From positions 7,433 through 71,432 of IMG/VR virus record IMGVR_UViG_3300009183_000080: DNA of 64,000 nucleotides. One strand, given 5' to 3'. This DNA is from a virus. Position numbers and translations under genes: made by a program. Below the pieces are notes generated by a model. It made no database searches. It was not told where the DNA came from and worked only from the letters and a program-made list of their open reading frames with translations. Each line of letters opens with the position of its first letter. The first letter of the stretch is position 1. Positions 49,872 through 57,363 of the stretch are shown here, one piece after another.

Positions 49872-50288
49872 TTATGACTGATCTGTAACTTCGCCAAGCA
49901 TGATCATTTCTCCTTGACATACAGTCCAAACCCTTGTAGCATCTGTAAGTTGAACATCAAAAACATCACCAGTTATTAATTGCTTAGATTGAGCGGGAGT
50001 CAAAGAAACTAAAAACTCTCCATCTCCATCAGTTTGTGATTGTACTGGTACTAACTCAAATAATAAATCATCTCCAACATTATCAGAGTACCGTCTAAAA
50101 TCAACCTCAATGTCCCAATCATCGACTACAATTGGATCTCCTGCATCATCTTGTACGTATATCCTAAAAGAGGCGCTGTCGCCTTTTACAACCGTCCAGT
50201 TAACCAATGGTGGTTTATTTCCAATATTGTAGGTAGAAGGAGCCTTTACATCCATCTCTGATTCGTCTGGATTGCGGTATTTAGCCAT
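49872..50288 (-). CDS. Structural protein (BppU-N / Ig-like)
   Basis: WTVVKGDSASF...FDVQLT...TVCQG; paralogous to 55498..55911 and 54264..54641. Confidence 0.6.
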   Translation of the reverse strand: MAKYRNPDESEMDVKAPSTYNIGNKPPLVNWTVVKGDSASFRIYVQDDAGDPIVVDDWDIEVDFRRYSDNVGDDLLFELVPVQSQTDGDGEFLVSLTPAQSKQLITGDVFDVQLTDATRVWTVCQGEMIMLGEVTDQS

Positions 50289-50318
50289 AAAGAAATTATA
50301 TCACATTAAGTCTTTAAG

Positions 50319-50348
50319 TTGACTCAATGTCCAAATCCATGATATACT
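50319..50348 (+). promoter_or_regulatory. Sigma70-type promoter of the transglycosylase gene
   Basis: TTGACT-N18-TATACT with extended -10 TG. Confidence 0.7.
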
Positions 50349-50400
50349 AGTGAGTAACACCATAACTTTATGGTGTTTTTGTTTCTAAGGAGGAACAGTC

Positions 50401-50940
50401 ATGACAACTAATAAGATAGTGATTGGTGTACTCGCAGCAGTAACTGGAATTGCAATATTTTCTAATTCTAGCGCTAATGCTGAAAATAATCTGAGTAGTA
50501 CCGTGTTAAAAGAAGAAACAGCAACCGCTCAGGCGGTTTTTTTGGTTTCTAAGGAAAACAAATTAAATAGTTATAAAAATGTTAGAAAACAACTAAGTCC
50601 AACACAACTAGTAGAACTTTTAGAATCAGTTGGTTTTGAAGGGTATGCACTAAAAGTTGCTTGGGCAACAGTAATGAAAGAATCAATGGGAACCCCAACA
50701 TCCTTTAATGGTAATCGTAGTACAGGAGATAATTCATATGGACTATTTCAAATCAATATGCTAGGATCAATGGGCGCAGATCGACGGGATAAGTTTAACC
50801 TTGATTCCAATGATGATCTATTCGATCCCGTTAAAAATGCACAGATTGGCTACCATATGAGTGATGGTGGTAAAGACTGGTCTGCCTGGAAGGGTATTAC
50901 CTGGAAGACCAAAGAGTGGCTAGCAAGATATCCTGATTAA
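50401..50940 (+). CDS. Secreted lysozyme-like lytic transglycosylase (SLT / Rpf-like)
   Basis: Signal peptide; MKES catalytic Glu, SYGLFQIN, LFDPVKNA, DWSAW; RBS AAGGAGG; the only plus-strand gene within the structural block. Confidence 0.85.
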   Translation: MTTNKIVIGVLAAVTGIAIFSNSSANAENNLSSTVLKEETATAQAVFLVSKENKLNSYKNVRKQLSPTQLVELLESVGFEGYALKVAWATVMKESMGTPTSFNGNRSTGDNSYGLFQINMLGSMGADRRDKFNLDSNDDLFDPVKNAQIGYHMSDGGKDWSAWKGITWKTKEWLARYPD

Positions 50941-51524
50941 TAAACAAAACTAACAATTGCATATCTAACACCACCTGTTATTGGCAAAACTTTATGCTGA
51001 TAAACATAACTTGATGGGAAAAGAAATAGTTGATTAGCCTTTGGCCTAATCGTTAAATTAAACTTGGAAAATTCTATTTCTCCTCCTTCGTAATCGTCAT
51101 TGCAATAATAAATTAAAGACATCCTTCTTGGTGTTTCAATATGATCATCTAAATGAGTATTAAAATATTGACCCTTTCTATATTTTAAAACTAGATAAGG
51201 TTCATGGGTTTTTGTTTCTAGATGAAACATTTCCTTGTAGTATTCTTCATATGGCGTGAACAAATTTTTTAACTTATTTGAAGTTTCAAGTAAAAATAAA
51301 TCATTTTGATCTGATTCAAATGGAATGCTAATAGAAAAAACATTTCTTGTAGACAGGTCAATAACCTTTTCTCCATAAGAGTTGTGGGTTCCACCAAATC
51401 CCCAATTAAGATTTCTTTTTTTTGTTTCTAACTCTAACTCTTCTATAAAATTTTTTGAATCTAGGAAAACATCATCATAAATAAAAAATCCTGGAATTGG
51501 TTCTGTATAATTAGATAATGTCAT
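50937..51524 (-). CDS. 2OG-Fe(II) oxygenase (prolyl 4-hydroxylase-like)
   Basis: HLD, YCNDDYEGGEIEF, FPSSYVYQH, RYA motifs. Confidence 0.9.
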   Translation of the reverse strand: MTLSNYTEPIPGFFIYDDVFLDSKNFIEELELETKKRNLNWGFGGTHNSYGEKVIDLSTRNVFSISIPFESDQNDLFLLETSNKLKNLFTPYEEYYKEMFHLETKTHEPYLVLKYRKGQYFNTHLDDHIETPRRMSLIYYCNDDYEGGEIEFSKFNLTIRPKANQLFLFPSSYVYQHKVLPITGGVRYAIVSFVY

Positions 51525-51526
51525 TT

Positions 51527-51733
51527 TTATACGGGATAACTGTCGCCAACGGACAACTGACCATCTTCAATAAAAATCATTTGATGTGGTGTTGCAATAA
51601 CTCTTGCCAATAATTCATTACAATCCATAATACATTCTACTACCCCATTAACTGCAATTGCTATTTTATAACTATGATCATTAATATCATAGCCTTCTTT
51701 TTTAATTATTTCTAAACTTCTTGCCGTAAGCAT
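51527..51733 (-). CDS. Small hypothetical protein
   Basis: Paralogous to 51994..52206 (KIAI.V.G.V...M.C.E.LA). Confidence 0.6.
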   Translation of the reverse strand: MLTARSLEIIKKEGYDINDHSYKIAIAVNGVVECIMDCNELLARVIATPHQMIFIEDGQLSVGDSYPV

Positions 51734-51742
51734 TTTTCTCCA

Positions 51743-51991
51743 TTAGTCTTGTACAGCAGGCCATTTGTTAATTGGACAAGATGCTGCTTTTAATTTTGTT
51801 TTTTGATTCATAAAACATCCACAAAGTTTACAAGTCTTGGTTGCTTGAATTAATTCTGGACAAGACAAGCAAATGTCGTATCTTTCTTTTTGTATTTCAT
51901 CCGTTGTATGATTGTTTGGATTAAGAAGATCCCAAGGTTTTACTTGTGATTGTGCTTCTTTCCAAATCTGCCATTTAGTTTTTTCTGTCAT
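51743..51991 (-). CDS. Small Cys-rich metal-binding protein
   Basis: CLSC...CKLCGCFM..KT.L..ASCP..KW. Confidence 0.7.
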   Translation of the reverse strand: MTEKTKWQIWKEAQSQVKPWDLLNPNNHTTDEIQKERYDICLSCPELIQATKTCKLCGCFMNQKTKLKAASCPINKWPAVQD

Positions 51992-51993
51992 TG

Positions 51994-52206
51994 TTACTCT
52001 GTAAAAGTGTCTGAGTCTGCATTGTAAGAATATCCTACACTAATTTGTTCATTTAATACTCTTTCGCTAACATCAAGTACTAATGGATTGCTTAACAATA
52101 TCGAAGCAAGTCTTTCCTGACAATACATAACATCAACTACTTCATTATCAATAATTAAAGCAATTTTGCTCATTGCAATAACTTCTTCTTCTGTTGGTCC
52201 TGTCAT
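51994..52206 (-). CDS. Small hypothetical protein (possible fibre chaperone)
   Basis: KIALIIDNEVVDVM...VGYSY; follows the Cys/Gly-rich structural gene. Confidence 0.6.
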   Translation of the reverse strand: MTGPTEEEVIAMSKIALIIDNEVVDVMYCQERLASILLSNPLVLDVSERVLNEQISVGYSYNADSDTFTE

Positions 52207-52233
52207 TATTCCTCCTTCTTTATTATATCTTAA

Positions 52234-53295
52234 TTAAAGCGATTCTGCAGAAAAGTTATCTATTAGAGATCCAGCATTTGTACTAGATGGTGTTTTTATA
52301 ATACCAGCCTTAGTTCCTTTTAATGGAGTTGCTGGAGTATTGGTTAGTGTTGTTGCAAAAGCAGAACTTAATCCAGAACTTTGATATGCTGTAATTGTAA
52401 TGTTATCTCCGGAAGTAGATGCTTTAATAGAGTTTGCCTCTACAAATGCACTGTTATTAGAGTTAATGCCTGTTGTTTGAACTGTTGATATTGTGCCAGA
52501 AACATTTTTATATAATTTTAATTCAGTTAAATATGTTGTTGTACTACCTCCAGGAACATAAGTTCCACAATCTCCACCACCACTGCTTGAGTTTCCTCCT
52601 GCACCAGCGCAACCATAAGTTGGCGTACTTGTAGTTGAGCCAGTGTAGTATGCTAAGCCTGCAGGAGTTGTTGTTCCACAACCACCAGAGCAAGCCCCAC
52701 TTACGGATCCTCCAGTGCAACTATAAGTCATACTTCCTCCGCCACATGGCTGACCCTCGGTTGGACCACCATCAATTACACAACTATTGCCTGATGGAGT
52801 ACATCCGCCTGGACAGTTACCCCATCCCGCTGAAACTAGACTAGAAGAACAAGACGCTGATGTTGCACCAACAAGTGTTCCACAATTTCCACCACCACTG
52901 CTTGAGTTTCCTCCTGCACCAAAACAACCTGACGTGGTTCCTGTTTGCACAGTACTGCCAGTGTAGTATGCCTGTGTGCTTGAAACTGAAGAAGAGTAGT
53001 TAACAGAACTTGCCCACCAAGAGTTTGCATCTGTTACCCAAAAAGCAATTCCAGGACCACCATCAGTTATGTCTGCAGAAACAATAACATTTTGTGCTCC
53101 AATATCAACTGTTGCTAAAGGATAACTACTTGCAGCGGTAGATGATGTTGCTTGATTTGAAGAGATTGCCCAAGTTCCGCTAAGAATAGACCATAAATTT
53201 CCAGAACTTGATGTACCTAAAGATCCATCTGATCTATTAAACGTGTCAGTTATTTTACTTAGTACTGATGTAATAATTCCAAGTATATTTAGCAT
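52234..53295 (-). CDS. Lectin-like virion protein with Cys/Gly-rich insert
   Basis: DTFNRSDG...W...SGTW N-terminus and IDNF C-terminus of a beta-sandwich, interrupted by a G/S/T/C-rich segment. Confidence 0.7.
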   Translation of the reverse strand: MLNILGIITSVLSKITDTFNRSDGSLGTSSSGNLWSILSGTWAISSNQATSSTAASSYPLATVDIGAQNVIVSADITDGGPGIAFWVTDANSWWASSVNYSSSVSSTQAYYTGSTVQTGTTSGCFGAGGNSSSGGGNCGTLVGATSASCSSSLVSAGWGNCPGGCTPSGNSCVIDGGPTEGQPCGGGSMTYSCTGGSVSGACSGGCGTTTPAGLAYYTGSTTSTPTYGCAGAGGNSSSGGGDCGTYVPGGSTTTYLTELKLYKNVSGTISTVQTTGINSNNSAFVEANSIKASTSGDNITITAYQSSGLSSAFATTLTNTPATPLKGTKAGIIKTPSSTNAGSLIDNFSAESL

Positions 53296-53304
53296 GGAAT
53301 ATCC

Positions 53305-54090
53305 TTAAGCCGTCAGGTCGCCTAGAAGAACCCAGGAGTTTGTTCCTACTTTAATAAGTGTTGCTGCTGAGTATTGTCCGGAAAGTTTTCTATTATTACT
53401 TTTACTATTTAGTGTAACGCTTCCACTTACTGGTGCAACTGATGTTTGAACAGAACCTATTTGTAGAATGTCGACTCTTGCTCCCGCAGGAAATGTGGTT
53501 TCCAATGGAATTGTAATAATTGAAGTTGATGAGGATACGTTCATAATAATAATTTTTCCAGCATCTGCTGGGTCTAATGTATAGTTCGCTGTTTTTGTTG
53601 ATGAATCAACTGTTTGCTTTAATGTTGAGACTGCAGTTGGTGTTGCTGCTTTAACTGATGAAGTTTCTGATGTTGAATCACTTAGTTGAGAAACTCCAGG
53701 CTGTGAAGTTGTTGCTGCTTGTGGTGCTGCCCATTTAAGACCAAAAGTTCCTTGTGTATCGTCTGCAGTTAAAATATATCCATTGCTGCCAACTGTTAAA
53801 TTATCAACAGCATTATTTCCGGTTCCAACAAAAAGATCTCCTCTTGCATCCATAACAGACTCTTGAACAACAGTACTGTTATCTGTAGAAATTGCAGCAA
53901 TCGATGCTTCAATATCGTGTAAATATTTTGCAATACCAGCAGTTGGGGTAGCGTTGGCAAGAAGTGGAGCGTCTTGTCCATAATGATAGTTTTTAAATGC
54001 AATCTGGATATCTGCGGTATCTCCTAATGATGGAATTTTTGCAAGGGGATACTTATCTGTTGCTTCAGTTCCAATATTTACGACAGCCAT
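53305..54090 (-). CDS. Tail fibre-like structural protein
   Basis: DARGDLFVG, ATTSQPGVSQLSD...AATP, C-terminal GQYSAATLIK...WVLLGDL shared with 44632..46716. Confidence 0.72.
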   Translation of the reverse strand: MAVVNIGTEATDKYPLAKIPSLGDTADIQIAFKNYHYGQDAPLLANATPTAGIAKYLHDIEASIAAISTDNSTVVQESVMDARGDLFVGTGNNAVDNLTVGSNGYILTADDTQGTFGLKWAAPQAATTSQPGVSQLSDSTSETSSVKAATPTAVSTLKQTVDSSTKTANYTLDPADAGKIIIMNVSSSTSIITIPLETTFPAGARVDILQIGSVQTSVAPVSGSVTLNSKSNNRKLSGQYSAATLIKVGTNSWVLLGDLTA

Positions 54091-54117
54091 ACAAAGATTA
54101 TACCATAATAATAAAAA

Positions 54118-54264
54118 CTATTGATTTACTGTAATAACGCTATTTGCTTCAATTACTTCTATTTCTTGATCGATTCCCGTCAAATTTGGAGCGGTATTTA
54201 GAACAATGTTTAACTGTGATTCATAAACAGTAACTGAGTCTTCATAAACAAAAACTTCTGGCAT
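54118..54264 (-). CDS. Small hypothetical protein (48 aa)
   Basis: Manual translation MPEVFVYEDSVTVYESQLNIVLNTAPNLTGIDQEIEVIEANSVITVNQ; TAATG coupling to the upstream gene. Confidence 0.55.
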   Translation of the reverse strand: MPEVFVYEDSVTVYESQLNIVLNTAPNLTGIDQEIEVIEANSVITVNQ

Positions 54265-54641
54265 TATGCACCAGTTACATCGTCAGTTACTGTAATTGCT
54301 CCAGTTAGAAGCGTATATCTTAATGTAGTGCTATTAAAAATTTCAACATCGTAATAATATGTTGATCCTCCAACCAAATCGGTTCTAGCACTTGGTTTAA
54401 TTGTACAAGTAATAATATCTGCACCTGTATCGATTACTGCAGAAAGTTTAGTTGTATCCGCAACACTATCAATTGCTGTAGTTGGGCTGTCGCCTCTACT
54501 TGAAGCGATTGAAAAGATTGCTCCCGCAGCAGCATAGTTATCTAATGCAAATGTTGCTCCAGTAGAAGTTTTCGGGGTAATTTTAAAAACAAATGTATCT
54601 CCACGATAATAGTCAAAGTCATATGTTCCAGGAAATGCCAT
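54264..54641 (-). CDS. Structural protein (BppU-N / Ig-like)
   Basis: YDFDYYRGDTF...YYYDVEI...TLLTGAITVTDDVT. Confidence 0.65.
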   Translation of the reverse strand: MAFPGTYDFDYYRGDTFVFKITPKTSTGATFALDNYAAAGAIFSIASSRGDSPTTAIDSVADTTKLSAVIDTGADIITCTIKPSARTDLVGGSTYYYDVEIFNSTTLRYTLLTGAITVTDDVTGA

Positions 54642-54656
54642 GATCTTATTATACCA

Positions 54657-55421
54657 CTAAGAAATGTGGACTAAGATAGATTTGACTTTTACATCCCCGT
54701 CAAAATCTGCTCTAATTTGTGGGTTAATTCCATATTTTCTAATTCTGTCATTTACTATGTACAGGGTTTGGGTAACTGAAAAATCATAAAGATATTTATA
54801 TTTTAGGTTTGCTACAAACTGTGTTGAATTTAAAGTTGCTTTTTCAGAAAAGGCTCTTATCCAAACCTCAGTATTATTTCCATATGTTTCTAACTCAAAA
54901 CAATAAGTTATTTCAACTCTAGTGCCTATATCTAATCCTTTAAAGTTTAATTGTTGATTTGCTGCACTCCATAGACTTACATTTCCTTTTGGCAAATATT
55001 CTTCGTTTGTTCCATCAGATTTTGCATCGTTTAATATATTTACCCATCCTTCATCTCCGCTAGATAGTCCTACACGAATTTGTGACTGATCTAAATTTTC
55101 ATAATATGCCCAACCAGACTTTCTATTTTGAGAAACTATTCCGTTGCTTGCAACAATTGATGATTCTCCTGGTTCTCCCTTTTGTCCTCTTTCACCTTTT
55201 GGACCTTGTGGACCAGCATCACCTTTATCGCCTTTTGGTCCTATCTCTCCCTGTCTACCAGCAACTCCTTGTGGTCCTGGTGGCCCTACAAGTATTCTGT
55301 AGTCTATATCGGGCACTGAGGGATTATTTGTTTCTATAACTGTTTCTGCTACTGCTTCGGCATAGCCATATTTAGGTTTTGATTGCATTCCTGGAATTTC
55401 AGATTTTTTACTTATGCTCAC
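54657..55421 (-). CDS. Collagen-like (Gly-X-Y) virion protein
   Basis: GPPGPQGVAGRQGEIGPKGDKGDAGPQGPKGERGQKGEPGE. Confidence 0.85.
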   Translation of the reverse strand: MSISKKSEIPGMQSKPKYGYAEAVAETVIETNNPSVPDIDYRILVGPPGPQGVAGRQGEIGPKGDKGDAGPQGPKGERGQKGEPGESSIVASNGIVSQNRKSGWAYYENLDQSQIRVGLSSGDEGWVNILNDAKSDGTNEEYLPKGNVSLWSAANQQLNFKGLDIGTRVEITYCFELETYGNNTEVWIRAFSEKATLNSTQFVANLKYKYLYDFSVTQTLYIVNDRIRKYGINPQIRADFDGDVKVKSILVHIS

Positions 55422-55497
55422 TTATTAATTATAAAGGTTTTTAAGTTAACCTTAATTACCTTAGAGGGTGTAACTGCAGGTGATGTAACTTTAATAA

Positions 55498-55911
55498 TCA
55501 TAATCCAGTACCTGTTACATCGCTAAGCACTACAATAGTTCCAATAACTGGTGTCCAAGTAACTTCTGATTCAACTGCACCAGACTCATCGTTAGGAATA
55601 ATAATTTCCAAATCAAAAGGTAATTCTAAAACGGTATTTTTATAACCAGTTCCCCAAAGTTTTGTAATCTCAGAGGTAGCAGTAATAATAACATAACCAG
55701 TATATTTTTCAACGGTCAATTCATCTAAAGTATCACCAGAGGCATCATAAGAAGAAGAAACAAATGTCCAATCAGAAATATCTACAAAGGTAACTTCATC
55801 ATCTTCTAAAAATTCTACTTTAAGAGTTGCAGAATCTCCACGAACCACTTTCCATTGGATATTTATGGGAGATGCTCCTACTTGATCAATGGAAGCGGTG
55901 ACAGAACTCAT
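55498..55911 (-). CDS. Structural protein (BppU-N / Ig-like)
   Basis: WKVVRGDSATL...FDLEI...WTPVIGTI; paralog of 49872..50288. Confidence 0.6.
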   Translation of the reverse strand: MSSVTASIDQVGASPINIQWKVVRGDSATLKVEFLEDDEVTFVDISDWTFVSSSYDASGDTLDELTVEKYTGYVIITATSEITKLWGTGYKNTVLELPFDLEIIIPNDESGAVESEVTWTPVIGTIVVLSDVTGTGL

Positions 55912-55939
55912 AAAATTATTATACCATACGGTTTTTCAT

Positions 55940-55968
55940 TTGACAGATCAGGAAAGTTCGTGTATACT
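55940..55968 (+). promoter_or_regulatory. Consensus sigma70-type promoter
   Basis: TTGACA-N17-TATACT. Confidence 0.7.
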
Positions 55969-56043
55969 TAAAATATATAAGAAAAAAGATGTATCTTTAA
56001 GTTAAATATATAAAAGATATCTTATATATAATATATATATATA

Positions 56044-56253
56044 TTATGGATGATTTTTTAAATGATCAATTAAGAGATCGAACATTTTGTCAGTTTTTTG
56101 TTCTACTCTAGTTAAAGAGTCTTTCATCGATGATCCAGAATTCGGCTTAAGTTCGCTTAAATAATGTTTTACAAGCCACTTGATTCCAAAGGCGATAGAT
56201 GATACAATTGTAAGTATTGCAACAATTAGTGAAGCCCAGTCTTGTATGGTCAT
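56044..56253 (-). CDS. Small membrane protein, holin-like
   Basis: One N-terminal TM helix followed by ELKPNSGSSMKD, a motif common in actinophage lysis-associated membrane proteins. Confidence 0.6.
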   Translation of the reverse strand: MTIQDWASLIVAILTIVSSIAFGIKWLVKHYLSELKPNSGSSMKDSLTRVEQKTDKMFDLLIDHLKNHP

Positions 56254-56287
56254 TGTAGGATTATTATATCATCATTTAAGGAGAGTT

Positions 56288-57058
56288 TTGAAAAAAGAAA
56301 TACTCAGTACGCTTGAATACTCAAAAAATATAATTATATCTCCAGATGTTGATGGTTTAATGAGCGCAACACTTCTTTCTCGAAATTTGGGACATCGAGT
56401 CGTCGGCACATATGACAAAAGTATTTTATGTTTGGCGGAGGGTATAAATCCGGCGGAATGTCTGTTCGTCGACTGTGATATGAATACTCCAGAGTTCGCG
56501 TCAATTGGAAATCATATGCGACTTATGGAAGATAACATCTGTATCGAATCTTTTAATCCAAATGTTCACTTCGCCACCAAAAAGTACAATGAAAAGTTCC
56601 CTTACGCAACCTGTTACTTAATCGCGTTTGCAATAGAGGCACAAACCACCACTTTAGACAAACAACGCATGGCATATGCAGATTCGACATACAAAAATGC
56701 TGTCGACTATGCAGAGAATATGCGAAATTGGTCTACTAGGATGGATGATGAGAATGTCCGATATGTTTTGTCTGATGATGTAGATATTTCCGAAGTAGCA
56801 AAAGAGTATGAAGAGAAACAAGGTTTGGTATCTCGCAGACTAGGCTTAGAAAAATATCTAGTTGAGATGAATACCGCACTAAAGAAACAATCTGCATGGA
56901 ACTTTGCATTTCCTGGTGAACTAACAACAATTAAAAAATATAAAACGGGATTAGTTGACAAAAATACTGCTATACGATACAATAAAGATATAATCTCCTA
57001 TGCCGAGATCTATGGTGGAGAATATAGTGTTACCTACAAAGATTTGGAAGAGGTATGA
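56288..57058 (+). CDS. DHH-like phosphoesterase / nuclease
   Basis: SPDVDGLMS, FVDCD, GNH and ADS motifs; TTG start after AAGGAG. Confidence 0.6.
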   Translation: MKKEILSTLEYSKNIIISPDVDGLMSATLLSRNLGHRVVGTYDKSILCLAEGINPAECLFVDCDMNTPEFASIGNHMRLMEDNICIESFNPNVHFATKKYNEKFPYATCYLIAFAIEAQTTTLDKQRMAYADSTYKNAVDYAENMRNWSTRMDDENVRYVLSDDVDISEVAKEYEEKQGLVSRRLGLEKYLVEMNTALKKQSAWNFAFPGELTTIKKYKTGLVDKNTAIRYNKDIISYAEIYGGEYSVTYKDLEEV

Positions 57059-57228
57059 TGAATAAAGAGCAGATTAAAGAAATTATAATTAATGAGATGG
57101 TAGATATTTGGAAAGAGCAGGCAAAAGAAACTGCGATTCCTACAAAAATGCTTGAAAGATCAATTAAAACAATGATGCCTGGATTAGAAGATTTTGCAGA
57201 AAGAGCATCTTTAAAAATAGTAGAATAA
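57056..57228 (+). CDS. Small hypothetical protein
   Basis: Manual translation MMNKEQIKEIIINEMVDIWKEQAKE...; start overlaps the upstream stop; start coordinate approximate. Confidence 0.5.
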
Positions 57229-57231
57229 CAT

Positions 57232-57304
57232 TGGTTTGTAGCACAATCGGCAGTGCAGTCGGCTGTTAACCGACAGGTTATAGGTTCGAGTCCTATCAAA
57301 CCAG
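57232..57304 (+). tRNA. tRNA-Asn(GTT)
   Basis: Acceptor TGGTTTG/CAAACCA, anticodon arm GTCGG-CTGTTAA-CCGAC, T arm ATAGG-TTCGAGT-CCTAT, discriminator G; CCA not encoded. Confidence 0.95.
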
Positions 57305-57308
57305 CAAC

Positions 57309-57337
57309 TTGACTTTCACATATATCCTAGATATACT
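57309..57337 (+). promoter_or_regulatory. Sigma70-type promoter of the peptidase gene
   Basis: TTGACT-N17-TATACT. Confidence 0.7.
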
Positions 57338-57363
57338 TAATACAACAACTACGAAAGGCTATT

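Noticed and set aside
57232-57304. tRNA as a prophage attachment site
   Set aside because: No integrase, no duplicated tRNA 3' end and phage-type genes on both sides; it is a phage-encoded tRNA.
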